From Girardia tigrina (Eukaryota), in contig MQRK01236352.1 in NCBI GenBank assembly GCA_001938485.1, forward strand, positions 1 through 64,000: a DNA stretch of 64,000 nucleotides. The letters are read 5' to 3'. Position numbers and translations under genes: made by a program. The notes under the pieces are model-generated. The model had not been told where the DNA came from. It saw only the letters and a list, made by a program, of their open reading frames with translations, and ran no database searches. Of this stretch, positions 1-13,501 are shown piece by piece; positions within the stretch are counted from its first letter, which is position 1, and each line of letters starts with the position of its first letter.

Positions 1-119
1 ATGAAAATAGCTGTTTATCAATAATAAGATTTTTGAAAAACCCTAGCAATTTTAAATATTTTTCAAAACTTCTTCGCGGCACCCCAGGGTGCCGGCGGCA
101 CACGGGTTGCCCGACACTG
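1..119. mobile_element. right end of a hAT-like (Charlie/Buster-type) element
   Basis: GC-rich subterminal CGCGGCACCCCAGGGTGCCGGCGGCACAC followed by GGTTGCCCGACACTG (reverse complement CAGTG..., a hAT-like terminus). Confidence 0.5.
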
Positions 120-589
120 TGTTAACATAAAGAATGGATATAAAAAAATTAATTTTTTGATTTACTAGTTACCTTTATCAAAGCACAAAATGTTAAGTTA
201 TTTTTTTGTTACTCTTTGTTACTAAATCAACTAATCACAAAACTCTAAACCAATTTTTTATTGTAAATAACGCCATTTTCGAGATCCGTTAATTTTAATA
301 TATATTAATTTATGTTCTATTCAATGTAATTTTTTTTGTATTGAACAATATTATCGCATAACAGTTAAATAACAACTGATTTATGCAATATGTAGTGCAC
401 CCATTAAATACCTGAAATGAAGGTCTAATAACATATTATTTTAATTTATTTTTTGTGATATATTCCGTGAGTATTATAAAAAAATGAAATTTAATTTGTT
501 GTACTGTAGCATCTGCATGTGCCTAATTTTTCCAGACATTCAATTTTTCCTAATTATCATGTATTCTCCTGTGGAATTTCGTAGTGTAA

Positions 590-1100
590 TAGAATTTCTT
601 GTTTTGAACATGTTGTTGGCGAAAGAAATTATTGAGGAGTTTAGAAATGAATACTGTATGAAAGCCAATCCAAGATTACTATTTATGACTTGATTGTACA
701 ATTTAAGCATGGTAGACAAAGTGTTTTTGATAAGAAAAGTATCGGAAGACCTTTAGAAATTGGCGAAAACATTAAAGAAAAATTTGGGAATATTGAAGAA
801 TTCGACAGACACATAACAACAAGAATGTTCTGCGGCAGTCTGAATGTGATCAAAGGAAGTTTGGATTCTTTAATAAAGTCCATCGGTCTGAGAAAACTTT
901 CTTCGCGGCTCGTTCTACACTGCCTAACAAGTTAAATATGTGAAAATAAACTCAGTTCGTACCAGATCAATCTCATACATTGGAGAGAGTAGGATATGTT
1001 TTCTAAAAACATCATGACAGTTGACAAATCTCCGCTCTTTCTCTATCTACCGGACACTAAACAGGAGTCCAAAGAGTTTAAAATGCCTCTAAAACACAGG
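590..1100 (+). mobile_element. decayed mariner transposase fragment
   Basis: GLRKLSSRLVLHCLT (WVPHxLT region) and IMTVDKSPLFLYLPDTKQESKEF (IVTGDETW..Y.P..K.QS.EW region), with stops. Confidence 0.65.
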
Positions 1101-1158
1101 AAGAAGTGTATACAGAACGTGGATCATGTATTGAAAAAAAGCTATATATATACCCACC

Positions 1159-1798
1159 GGTTGTAGGACGTTTCAATTCATGACCCAATTCAACCCATGT
1201 ACATTCTCAACATCGGCCCTTTCAACCCATATTTCAATATAATTCAAAAAATTAAAATTATAAAATTCGTAAAATTATACAAATTTCAAATAAAATTGTA
1301 AAAATAAAAAAAATATTTACAAAAAGATTTTTATTATTTAAATTGTTTAACTTGTTAACTAAGTGATTACTAATTTATAATTCAGGTAAAATTTTTCTAG
1401 CCTATTATAGTATTTTTCAAATTGTTAAATGATTATGGATAAAAAGTGATTATTTTAAGTTTATTTTATTGTCATTAATATATGATTAATTTCTTAATTT
1501 AATAATCACAATAAATTATTATTATGTTAACTTGTCCTAGGACTTAAACTTATCCAGTCAGTTTAAAACTTGCTGGTTTACTATAGATTTGATGTATATT
1601 GTATTTCATTTTTGAGAAATAAATGATTTTTTATCATAGTAAATTAATGTATTTTCAATTAATAACATATATTTCCTCAATTAATATTTAATTCCAATTA
1701 AATTTTTGTGGTGAGTTGAAAAGGTCGAGCGTTGAAAATATACAGTATTGAAGTGGTCATGGGTAGAAAAAGGTCATGGGTTGAAGTACCCTACAACC
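1159..1798. mobile_element. MITE with imperfect long TIRs (MULE-like)
   Basis: GGTTGTAGG...CCTACAACC termini with reiterated TTCAACCCATG / CATGGGTTGAA subterminal motifs; no TSD visible. Confidence 0.6.
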
Positions 1799-2414
1799 AA
1801 CAGAAAATTGTGAATGAAATTACCAATTATATAAATTGAAATTATAAATGTTTTAATTTTACGGCAACTGTAATTTGACACTTTTGGCTCTGTTGAACGA
1901 GAAAAGATGGCATGGTTTGCCATAGTGTTCTATGGTGGTTGTAGAAGGGCAAAGCGAGACGTGTTTTTTCTGAGATTTATTTGAAATTTACTTAAATTTA
2001 ATTTTTCTCTAAAATCGACATGAAATTTTTTAATTTTTTTAAATGTACTTGAAATAACTGTAATCTAATGTTAACGATATTTAAATTAATATATTTAAAA
2101 TTAAATTATCAAATTATTACATCAACATCAGAATTCATTTTTTAACACCAAAATTTATTAATATAACAACATTTCACATATTTAAACAATTTTTTCTGTT
2201 AATTTAATTATCTCGCCACAAATTAATCTATTAAATTCTTTTCGATTCAATTTTTAAAATCTTGCAAATTTATTACATAATTTTCACATTAAAACTAAAA
2301 ATTTATTTTAAAATTTATTTAAAATTGTTTCATAACTTCTATTAAAATATATAAATTGTTATGACTGTAAAAATATTTTTATTTATAAATAAATATATAA
2401 TATTTAATGGTTTT

Positions 2415-2660
2415 CTTATCATTTTTAATTTTAAGATATTTAATAGATACATTAAAAAGATATTTTTTATTTTTAAATAGATATTTAATTTTTTTATGAC
2501 TTTCTTTTATTATATCATTTTTAATTTTTAAAATATTTAAAAAACACATTAAAAACATATTTTATTTTCGAATGCATATTTGATTTTTTAAGTTGTTTTA
2601 TTATATCATTTTTAATTTTAAAATATTTAATAAGATATTAACATTAAAATATTTTACCTT
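2415..2660. repeat. three degenerate ~93-bp AT-rich tandem units
   Basis: TATCATTTTTAATTTTAARATATTTAA...ACATTAAAA recurs at ~2417, ~2512 and ~2603. Confidence 0.6.
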
Positions 2661-4068
2661 TGAAATAAAAAAATAATAAATTATTCTGGTGAGATGCAAA
2701 TTTAAGTTAACACATAATAAATTAAAATTCAAATCAGAAAATAAAAAAAATCCGCTTCCAAGAATAATAAAAAAGATAAATAAAAATAAAAAAACAACAT
2801 CAGTGGCCAAACATCGCGCGTACGAATGTAACGAACCGGTAGAAATGATTTTTTGATAAACTTCTAATTGAAAATAATATTTTTGATGGTTGTATATTAA
2901 TTAGCCCAAAGTTGCATATCGAAACTAGCACGAGGGATATTTTTGAAGTTGTAGAAATAGTATATAATAATTTACTATGGATTGAAAGGCCAGACTACCA
3001 CACCCACTAATATTGGTTAAAAAATTATTTATATTTCATGTTGATTTTTAATTCATTGTGGTTATTTAATGGGCACACGACGTACCTAATCGTATGAACT
3101 TAAATTATCCCATTTGTAAAGAAAAAGGAGAAATTAATGACTAACAATAGATGTGTCATCTTAATAAGGTTTATATCTGCTCAATTATCCTTCGTTTGAA
3201 GGTTGTCTTTCCTCATTTCAAGCCTCATACGTTAAAAACAAAATTGCTTTGACGAATATAAATAAAGGGTGGAAGATTTATACCAGTTTATTAATGATAA
3301 AAATATCAACATTTATTCTATGCTTATTTTATCTTTTGGTCATGTACAATATTATCGGATAATAACTTCGTACAGCCCTTCGTACATCGTATTCTTTATC
3401 AAACATCAAATATAGAACTAATGTCTCCCCCATTCGCACGCCTCTGTTCATCAAGCAATATTGTCATAAACTCGTTATAATAAAATCAAATAAGATTTTG
3501 GTATCCTTACATAATTAATTCTAAAATTGTAATTTAATTTTAAAACAATAGGAAAAAGACAGATGAATGAAAACTACTTTACTACAGCGTCAAGAAGCAA
3601 AAATCTCATTTAATGGTGGTAAACAACTTTCTATTTGCACTAATGTTTTAATTTGTATTCATCATTGTCTTCAGTTGGGAGAAGAGATGAAAATCTATGC
3701 GTAAGATGCTCCTACGAATTTTCGACAAACACATCTCTCCATATTGAGGTAGGGCGTGCGACTTTATTGTCTCATATTTAGCAGGAAAACTGAATCTCTC
3801 TCCACATGCTGACTCAATTTATGACAGTAAAAGCTTTTTCCCAACTATATTTCTTCTAGTTATGAATCTGAAAAGGTTTGAAATTATCTAGAGAAAACGA
3901 TAAGCACGGTTTGCTGAGCAAGGGAATGTTGTGACTATTGCTATCAAAATACTCCAATCAAATTGTATATTTATTAAACATTTTAATCAATACTTTTCTC
4001 TTATTAGATTTAGGGAATTAACTCATTCACTTAGCAATAGTAATTCTTCAATTTTACTATCAATATCA

Positions 4069-4275
4069 ATGAGTGCCAATTCAAAAGATGCTGATCAAAA
4101 CTTTGATTATATGTTCAAATTGTTGATCATTGGAAATTCTTCGGTAGGGAAAACGTCCTTTTTATTTCGATACGCTGATGACAGCTTTACGTCAGCCTTT
4201 GTTTCAACAGTGGGGATTGATTTTAAAGTCAAAACCATTGTTCGGAGAGACAAGAAGGTTAAATTGCAGATTTGG
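4069..4275 (+). CDS. RAB3: Rab3 small GTPase, coding exon 1
   Basis: [56 protein letters not shown]...KLQIW: Rab3-type P-loop (GNSSVGKTS) and effector loop (FVSTVGIDF); donor TGG|GTAAG at 4276. Confidence 0.96.
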
Positions 4276-4308
4276 GTAAGATTCTTCTGGTGATAATAAT
4301 GTTTGTAA

Positions 4309-4446
<138 letters not shown>

Positions 4447-4730
4447 TAATCAATTCATTTTTTAAACTTTAAACTGTTGTTCTCACTACTATAATAATAA
4501 TATTAATTATTATTATTAATCATCATTATTATTAAATATAATAATAGTAATAACTCGTAATTTCCCTTAGTTATTTGGAACCAATACTCTTTGAAAAACA
4601 ATACTCTAAGCTTCTACCTCCAGATGGTTGATCTAGAGCAACCAAATATAAATAAATATTAATAAATTAAAATTAATAATAATAATTTAATAATGCAATA
4701 TTTCATAAACATTATTATATTATTGATTAA

Positions 4731-4964
4731 CCCTTTCGCAGCTGCTGGGACACATATGTCCCAGTGAATGTTTCAAAAGGCTGTTGGGATATATATGACC
4801 CATCATAAAAGACGAATGGGATATATTTGTCCCAACCTCCCCAGCCCGCCCCCTGAATAAATTTCCAAAAAAAACTTTTAAATAATAAATTTCAGACCGG
4901 AATAAACATTATATATTTAACAAAAATTATCTATAACTTAAAACGGAAAGCCGCTGCGAAAGGG
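4731..4964. mobile_element. piggyBac-type MITE
   Basis: TTAA on both sides; TIR CCCTTTCGCAGC / GCTGCGAAAGGG. Confidence 0.88.
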
Positions 4965-6539
4965 TTAAATATTTAAATTTAAAATACAATTTACAATTAA
5001 AAAATTACTTGACAACAATTAATTCTTCATCACATTATTTTTTTCTGTGTGATCAATCCTATAACCGAATCTAATGCTATTCCACGAAAATTGCCATTCT
5101 AAATGATTTCAAATTACGATTAGTTCAACGAACCATTATCAAATAATCTCAATATCATTTACAACCAATTTAACGAACGTTATCAAACAACCTCAGTACT
5201 ATTTACAAACAATTCAGCGAACGAATTTTGAACCACTAACGGACTATTCCACGAATTGCTAACTGACAATCTCTTGCATACACACACTAAGTAACTAATG
5301 TTTTATTTTATTTCCATTCAGAACTCATCATTTCCTGTTTCTGTGATTACCTAAACACCTTCGTTTTTATCTTTAAGTTAAAATGTTATTTTTTATAATG
5401 ATTTTACTAAATAATTGCATATTTCAGTTTATTTATATTATTATAATAAATGAGGATTTAGGGCATAAGTTGCTTTTAAGTTCTCTTTTTCTATCATATA
5501 AATATAAAAATTATTATATTTATTATAATATTATTAATATTGATAGAAATGAAAGGAAAGGAAATTCCTAAAAAAAATCTTTGAAATGTCACTGAATTAA
5601 TTAAAATCAAAAACAATAAAGATAATTTTTGAAAAAAAGTTCATGCAAATTGTTTTCAGATTTTTTTCTCCCTTAACAATTTGAGGAAAAATAAATTACA
5701 ATTTCAAAAGATTCTATTTTACTAATAAGTAGTATATAATAAATTATAAAATTAAGAAAATATTTTTTTTATATTTCAAATTGAACGAAAACAAAATCTA
5801 TTAGAGAATATATTTTCTATTTTTTTCATCATCAAATAAATAAACGAGACAAATTATAATGAATTAAAATTTTATTTTATTTTTATAAAAAATGTTGTGT
5901 TAATTAAGAAAAAAGAGAAAATATTTTTCTTTCATATTTAATTATTTTTTTTAATGTTTATTAATTTATTGGAGTTGTTAATTAATTTCTACTAAAATTA
6001 TAATTTAACAAAATATTGAAAATGATCAAAAAAACCACCGAATATTTTGTTTTTATTAAAATTTGGTTTAATGTATAGAGTTAATAAATAATTAATTTCT
6101 GTCACTGAAATAAGCGCAAATACCTTTCTAGATGTTTTATTTTATATTTCTATACAGAAAGATTAAATATTAAATAATTAATTAATTATCTCATAAATAA
6201 ACAATTGGTTCAAATAAATTTTATACAAACATAATTCGGAGTTATTAATTTAATAATATTTCAATTCATTGATTGTTTTATATTAATTTTTGTATTTGAT
6301 ATATTTATTTCTTTGACTTTTTGAAATTAATCATTATAAATTATTGATAAAATACTTCAGACTATCGAGAGTCGATTTGTTTTTATATTAATAATTACAT
6401 AAATTAATAATTATTATTTTATAACTTTATATTATATATATTTTTTAAACATCTTTTTTGTATTAAAAAGACTAGAAAACGTAATTAAATAATTTTCAAG
6501 TTAAGGAATCCTAAAGCTGATTTAAACAATTTTATATAA

Positions 6540-7205
6540 TATAAAAATTATTAGATTTTCAAGTGCGCAATTTGTAAGCATGATTACAATAAATTCAAAT
6601 AGTTATAATTTTGCAGGCTTAAAATGCTATTGCTCAGTCTTGTTTGTTTGCTACATATCTTGGCTTATTAAAATTATTGATATTTTTTTTAATAATCCAT
6701 ATTTTAAGAAATGGAAAAGGCAGAAATTCGAACTATTATGAAGTATGAGTTCCTACGTGGAACCTCAAAAAGGAGCATCAAAAACCATGCCAAACATCAA
6801 AAGTGTATTTGGATACAATGCTACTACGCAGCAAACAGTCTCAAATTGGTTCAGGAAATTTGTGAACGATAATTTTAACTTCAATAATGAGTCTCGGGGT
6901 CACACAGGAATGCAGGTAGACAATGACCAACTGAAGGTAACCGTGGAGTCGGATTCATGACAGAATGCTCATGATTTATCGCTAATGTTCGGTGCTACAA
7001 AACAAACAATATTGATTCACTTGGCTCAAATTGGTAAAGTGAAAAATTCGGATAAAACTCCACATGAGTTTAATGAAAAACAGAAACAAAAGCGTTTGGA
7101 TGCTTTCTCGATAATATTTTCTCGTTATAAATGTGATCACTTTTTGAATCGAGTCGTTACTTATAATGTAAAGTGGATACAATATGATAATTGCAAAGAT
7201 TCAGC
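6540..7205 (+). mobile_element. mariner relic, 5' half (family A)
   Basis: MEKAEIRTIMKYEFLRG from 6711, VSNWFRKF, HLAQIGKVK..PHE, FLNRVVTYNVKWIQYDN; frameshifted; same family as 31045-32140. Confidence 0.85.
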
Positions 7206-8309
7206 AAGTCGTGAAATATCTCCAACGCGATAATCAGTTTATTCGTTTTCAATTAAATGTATATTTCTTTTTTAATTTTAAAAATTAATATATATATATA
7301 ATATAATTTTCACGATTGTTAATATTCTATTTGAGTTATAAAAATTCAAAATATTCTATTTAAAAATTTAACTTTTTATGAGATTCGAATTCAATAAAAT
7401 TTCTATTGAAAGTTGTACAATAATTGAAGTTTTTTATAAATCGATCCTTTACATCAGAACCAGCAAACCTTTTTAATGTCCATGGCACATTGAAATACAA
7501 TGAAAATATTACTTGTTATGTTTTAAAAATATTTTTTAAATTTTAAGACCAATTATTACATACTGTTTCATTATTTGAAATCTTATTTAAATTTTCAGAA
7601 ATTTTCTATTTAATAAATAAAGTACCAATTAATATAAATTATGTTTCGAATGTATTTCTTAGATGAAAGGTTATCCTTTTTCAGCCTTATCTAGCGAGGT
7701 CTCCATGCTATTAAAAAGCGTTTACATTTATTTGCTAAATCATTATTCTATTTGAATTTTAACTCAGGATTCTGAATTTTTCAAATATATTACTTTTATC
7801 TTTGAGAAGAATCTCTTCTATTGGATTTGAATATAGGGAGGTAAAATTAAGAGCTATTCTATGCGAAAAGAAAAACTTCAGATTGACTTTTGCATTTTCG
7901 ATGATTAAAACTTAATAAGAATTAATCTGAAAATAAGGCAATAATTTGGTTTCAACAAGCTCTAAAAACTGTAGAATTTTAAGCGCTAGTTCTGTACTCA
8001 TATCCAATCACATTAACACTCATTTAAGACTTCATACATGCTCCACCATTGACAGGAACAGTTATATGATCTCTCTCGTTTCTCGAAGAATATCCATAGA
8101 AACACGCAGACTGAATTCAATTTCATAAAAAATATGAAACATCATTAGTATATCTAACTCTAACTTCAATATTTTCAGCTATGTTGCGTTCTCAAAGAAT
8201 TAAAGTCAATATATTTCGGATAATACCTATTGTTTTTAGCTTTCTAGAAATTGTTCACTTTGAGATTGCTAATCCTGAATCTCCTCTTGAATCTCTATTT
8301 GCAGCTGAA

Positions 8310-8475
8310 CTTCTAAAACCTTCCATTTTACATTCGTCTTATTATTTTAAGTCGTCTTCTTAGTGTCTCTTAGTTTTTCTCCTTTCCCTCTTCATTCAAT
8401 CATAACATTTGATAGTACTTGTTTTCTTATCTGATGTCCATAGAATTTCAGTTTCCTTCTCTTTGTGGTTAATGC
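8310..8475 (-). mobile_element. non-LTR (RTE-like) retrotransposon 3' fragment
   Basis: KRRKLKFYGHQIRKQVLSNVMIE*GK resembles the C-terminal KRKLxYxGHxxR...EGK motif of RTE-type ORFs. Confidence 0.45.
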
Positions 8476-8499
8476 TGGGGTCATATTATCAGAAATATT

Positions 8500-9400
8500 A
8501 TTAGTTTTAGGTGCATGATTTAATATTTTATCTAAGGTTTGACAAGTCGACTTTTTAATAATAGATTTCGACCATCTATTTTTATTAATTAAATTTGTTA
8601 GTTTATTAATACTTTCAACAACTTCGTTATATAAACAAATAAACGCCATTTAAAAATATATTTTAGGATAATATATTTCGACGGTTTAATCGTCATCATC
8701 AGATCACTGATTATGTTCTTTTTTATTGCTTTTATATAAGAAATGAATGATTGTGCAATCACTTACGTAAGTCTAATCGAAAACTCTTAACAAATTAGTT
8801 GAGAGTGCTGTTTGAACATTGAATTTAGGATCACATGATCTCATCAACAATGCTTCACATGACACTCTCTCCCAATAATTTTTAAAATGTTTGCACAAAA
8901 TCTTAAAATCATTATGCTCATATTACATTTACACGTTTTTTTATACTCAGCAATATTACTCTTTCCCCCTTTTTGACTGTGTTCTTGGACTCGTTTGCAG
9001 AGATGACGGGCAGTCTCTCCGATGTATGTGGCATTGCACCCATTACATGTGTATTGATAAACAATGTCCGAACACAATCCTAAAGGAGTATGTGATTTAT
9101 TGTAAAACATATTCTCAACTTTAAATGATTGAGAAATAATTTTTAAATTTAAAATGTTATTTGTTGATTTCAAGATCGAATTCTCGAGGTGTTTAAAACC
9201 CTCGGAGTAAGGTAAGCTTAGAGTATACCCGGGTGTAAAGCAGTTTTCAATATTTAAACTATTAATTTTTTCATTTTTGATTTTTTCTTTTTCGATTATT
9301 TTATCTACAGTCTCACGAGTGAGTCTGTCTATGATGGACTTAGAGTAACCATTATTATTCAATAAATTGCTCAATGTATGAATACTTTTAATAGATTTTG
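8500..9400 (-). mobile_element. Penelope-like element 3' portion (RT thumb/linker, GIY-YIG endonuclease, 3' UTR) followed by a second thumb fragment
   Basis: LNNNGYS..., LPYSEGF, IVYQYTCNGCNATYIGETARHLCKRVQEH, EALL..DPKFNVQ; 8500-8649 repeats a diverged thumb segment. Confidence 0.88.
8665..8708 (-). ncRNA. minimal type I hammerhead ribozyme (PLE-associated)
   Basis: Minus strand AGTGAT-CTGATGA-T-GACG ATTAAAC CGTC-GAAA-TATA-TT-ATCCT: intact core, stem II, palindromic tetraloop, stem I GAT/ATC. Confidence 0.75.
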
Positions 9401-9668
9401 AAAATAAAAATTGCCATCTTTTTTTCGTTATATAAGCTACAAAATTAATATTACTTAAATTAATATTAAAATCCGCTGAAATTAATGACTTCAATAAAAA
9501 TTTAAATGAGTGTTCTGAATTTTGATTTTATAACTTGCCATCTTTTTTCTTTCTAATCTTTTATTTAATTAGTGATAATCTTTCAAAGGATATATAACTT
9601 AATAATTGATAATATTGAGTTTGTTAACCTTAGTTTAACATTATTAAACCTTCCGAGCCTAAACCTTT

Positions 9669-10098
9669 TGTGACGGTTGGGGTATTTGCGATACACCAAT
9701 AATCATTTATTTGATTATTTATTATTGATTATATATTCTTCCAGTATATACTTGACTGTTGTAAATATAACCCGATGAACTTTCAGTGGCAACCCATAAT
9801 TTTATGCCATACTTACCAGGCTTATATATACACGAAAGGGACATCGTCCCTTATAAGTTTCTGATTGTTCATCTACGGTTATATTTACGTCAGGAGAATA
9901 ACGAGACTTAAAACCTTCCACAAACTACTCGAAAATCGACTTGATCGTTGGGTCGCGACTACCAGTTCGGTCAATTCTTTCCGATCTAGTAGAGCGATCA
10001 TCAAATAGAATTTTGGAGACAATGAGTTTGAATTTTCCCTCTGCTAATACAGAGTCGTGCTAAAACCGTGAGGCATTCTCAATACCCATATCGATACG
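9669..10098. mobile_element. possible solo LTR
   Basis: Higher-GC island starting TGTGACGGTTGGGGTATT and ending AATACCCATATCGATACG (imperfect terminal inverted repeat); no TSD and no second copy. Confidence 0.3.
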
Positions 10099-11176
10099 GA
10101 AGAGTTAATAAATAATTTAATTAAAAAAAATTGAAAATATTTTATAGGATGTTTCGATGTTTTCTCACGTTAAAAATGAGAAATAAACAAATAAACTTGG
10201 CTAGATATTGTTTGTTTTTACCATTTGATTTCCTGGTAGTACAGTAGGACTGGTGGGGGCTTTTAAAATGTTGATTGAACAAGAATGCTATTTTATTTTT
10301 CATCTTATTTATTACAAAATCCTTATTTTTCTTTTAAACATTCAGTAAAATCTGATATAAAAGTTATCGATTGAATATTTATTTATTTTTAACTTGTTTT
10401 ATAATTTTGTTTCTTTCGTAGGACTGTGTACAAAGTTCAAATCGTTTTCCAATTCTTCTCTTGAAATATTCTGGTAATTTGATAAATAAAATTGAGAGGT
10501 TTTATGGTTAATATTATACCAAAATAACTTTTACAATTATTTTGGTTTAATGTTTCTGAAACAATTTGAATCTAAAAGAATATTTAGATAGAACAAAATA
10601 TTCAACTTTTAACAAAATAATTTATTTGAAAATATAATTGCTTGTCTTTCAAAAAAGAGAATAAAGAAATAAACAAGTATTAGAAAACTCTTATTTTTCG
10701 ATATTTAATTAAAGAATTACTTCCTTTATCTGTCAAATATTCTTATAAATCATTGCTATTAATTCCATTTGTTGTTATTTCTGTTACCCATTTTGAGGCC
10801 GAGGGGCTCAGTTTAGGCAACCGAACTTTGTAATTGAAATCATTTAACTTCATTTATACATATTTAATGAAAAAAATATTTTAGACTTAACATAGAAAAA
10901 AACGATAGTTTTTTTAATTTTTTCATTCCTCTAAAAGTGTAAATAGTAACCATTATTTATTTATTTATTACTTTATATAAATTTATCGACTTTTATCGGT
11001 CAGAATAATCTGAAATTTAAATATTTTGATTCAATAGTGTTCCGAAAGATTTCTAGATTCAAAAATCTTTCCTTTCTAAAGATAATATTATCAAAAATAA
11101 AACAATTATAATATATTTTAGCGATCCACTGTCCTATAATCAGATTTTTGGACAAGTATAAATGTTAATTCATCTT

Positions 11177-11630
11177 ATAGAGTTGCCTCATAAGCTTTGT
11201 CGCACACTTATATCTATGTTAACTGCAGATATCCTTGCATTACATAAATAATTCGTATATATTTGCAATCCCTATTAAAATGGGAATTAGATAAAATAGC
11301 ATTTGTGATCTACTTATGTTCAATAATTTTTATTTTCTGTTCTAAATGAATTTTTCTTTTAATAAAATAATAGCATTTTCGTAAATTTCGCACATTTTCA
11401 TCATCCTAATGAATTTTAATCGCTCTGATATTTGTAAATTAATTTACTATTGCTGGAAAACGGATTTAACACCCTCACAGATGACTGACGAAATTTGCAC
11501 GGCCCTTGGAGTTGGAACAGTCTCACAGAGAACATGTGAAAGGTGGATTTCCAATTTTCGTGAAAACAACTTTAACACAGACGATCAAGTCCACAAAGGG
11601 CGGCCCTTTCTTGACATATACGGGAAGATA
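11177..11630 (+). mobile_element. mariner 5' fragment (N-terminal HTH)
   Basis: IYYCWK...EICTALGVGTVSQRTCERWISNFRENNFNTDDQVHKGRP, typical of a mariner N-terminus; truncated. Confidence 0.8.
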
Positions 11631-12705
11631 TTAACCAAGGAAAGGTTTTCATCGTACAAATTGAAACAGTAAGAATACCTTTTAGCATTAGACAAAATCT
11701 TTTAAATATAATAGACCTAAAAAGTACACTTTCTACACGTTTCAAAGTCACTACTTATGAATTTTAATGGATTAAGTTGATTTTAAGAGTTTTGGTTTCG
11801 TTATTTATTCGGCCTAAATTCTTTTCTAAAAGCAATTTAAAATAAATTCAATTCTTTACTTTTAATCATTATTTCTACTTGTGAAGTCAACATTGCTTTC
11901 AACATTGTGAACCAAGACGAGTTACATGATTTATAATTAAAATCAATTGTGATTCACCAGTAAGATGAAAGAAATTTCCTTCAGTGATTCAACAAATGAT
12001 TAATTAAATGTTGCTTTTCGTTTCACTACTTTCAGTACAATTTTCCTTTCAATAATTATAATCAGTAACAGTTTATTGTCACATTGATATAAATTACAAT
12101 ATTTTATATTAAATATTTTATATTAAACATTTAACAGTTACATAATAATTGTGTGAGATGAATAGTGACAAAAATTCCTGTTAAATGCGCCTCTTTCTAA
12201 TAATGAGTCACTGATGACTAATATAATTAATCATTAATACTCGTATTAAATGTAAGTTATATCAATATTTTAATTTATAAATGCATAATTAATAATTTTT
12301 ATTATGAACAAATTCAAACGAATTTTCCACTTCCTTGACTAGTTTAAAAATCAGCCCGTCGATCTTTATTTTTTAAATAATCTTTCATTTTTGCAATTCC
12401 TACATTATTAGTGGAGCGGAAATTAATCGGTTTGAATGAACATTGGCCAGTTTTAGGGAAAGTATATAAAAATGTTAAATAAAATATATAATAAATAAAA
12501 TAACTAATTTAAATAATTAAAAGTAAAATAAATAAAATTTCATTAAATTAAAATAAATAATTAATCCATCTCGTTCATATAGTTTTGTGATGGTATATTT
12601 GATGTTTGGGTTGAGCTGCACTTACACAGGTTTTTTAATCGTAATTATAATTAAAAATCACGTTAATTTGAATTGTCCAATAGGACAAATGATATCGTGT
12701 ATATA

Positions 12706-12908
12706 CAGGGTGTCCCAAAAATATGTATACACATTAAAAATTTAATTTTATTGATTAATTTTATTTAGGGACTGAAACTACAAAAAAACCTATTTATGTT
12801 AAAAAAACTATTTATATTAAATATATTGAAAGTTAAACATAAATAAAATTCAATAAAATTCAATAAAATTAAATTTTTAATGTGTATACATATTTTTGGG
12901 ACACCCTG
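12706..12908. mobile_element. Tc1/mariner-type MITE with perfect 49-bp TIRs
   Basis: TA|CAGGGTGTCCCAAAAATATGTATACACATT... and its exact reverse complement ending ...GACACCCTG|TA. Confidence 0.93.
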
Positions 12909-13501
12909 TATGTGAATAGGCGGAAATGATTGCATGTTTGTGTGTGTAATAACCAATGAAAATGCTGGTATGTGTGTAAACTAAAATGAAAAATAAATTG
13001 TGATTGTTTTGAAAGCATGTGTTTGTGTGTTTGGTAAAAAAATGTGTATTATTGATTTTTTATCAGAATTGCTAAAATGATAAAACAATTTAAAAATGTG
13101 TTTCTAAAAATAAATTGTTAATTTGTGTTCAAAAAAGGTAAATCAGTGTGTTGTGTACCACCACATTTTATCGTTTTTATAATTTATGTGAATTAACTTT
13201 CGTGTATTTTGAATTTTGTTATTTACTACATAGTTTTTATTCTTTTTGTATATATTCATCATTTTGTATGTAAGTGTAACATTTTTACGTATTTACAATT
13301 TTTATTACAATCGTGAATTTTGATTTTTATGGAATTTCGCTGTTTATTAAAAAATGAATTTCTGTAAAATTATGTGGTTTGTTTATGCGGATTAATAAAT
13401 TAATTTCGGCGCAAAACTTTGTTTTGTTTACTAGTGAAATAAAAATTTAAAATGGACTGAATCTTTTTCTTTACGTCGTTTTATTTTAACTGATTCTCGA
13501 A

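Noticed and set aside
128-169. Helitron 3' end (CTAG|T)
   Set aside because: The same sequence occurs in inverted pairs (61204-61376), so it behaves as a TIR; no GC hairpin lies upstream.
2880-3830. GC-elevated islands upstream of Rab3 that could be exons of a divergent gene
   Set aside because: Stops occur in all frames tried, with no consistent splice path or recognisable motif.
3931-4068. N-terminal extension of the Rab3 ORF in the ORF track
   Set aside because: It starts at GTG, has no Rab similarity, and contains a plausible acceptor (TTATTAG at 4007); the ATG at 4069 gives a normal Rab3 start.
5125-5225. Two ~44-bp tandem units as a CRISPR-like array
   Set aside because: The units are adjacent and degenerate, with no unique spacers, in a eukaryotic context.
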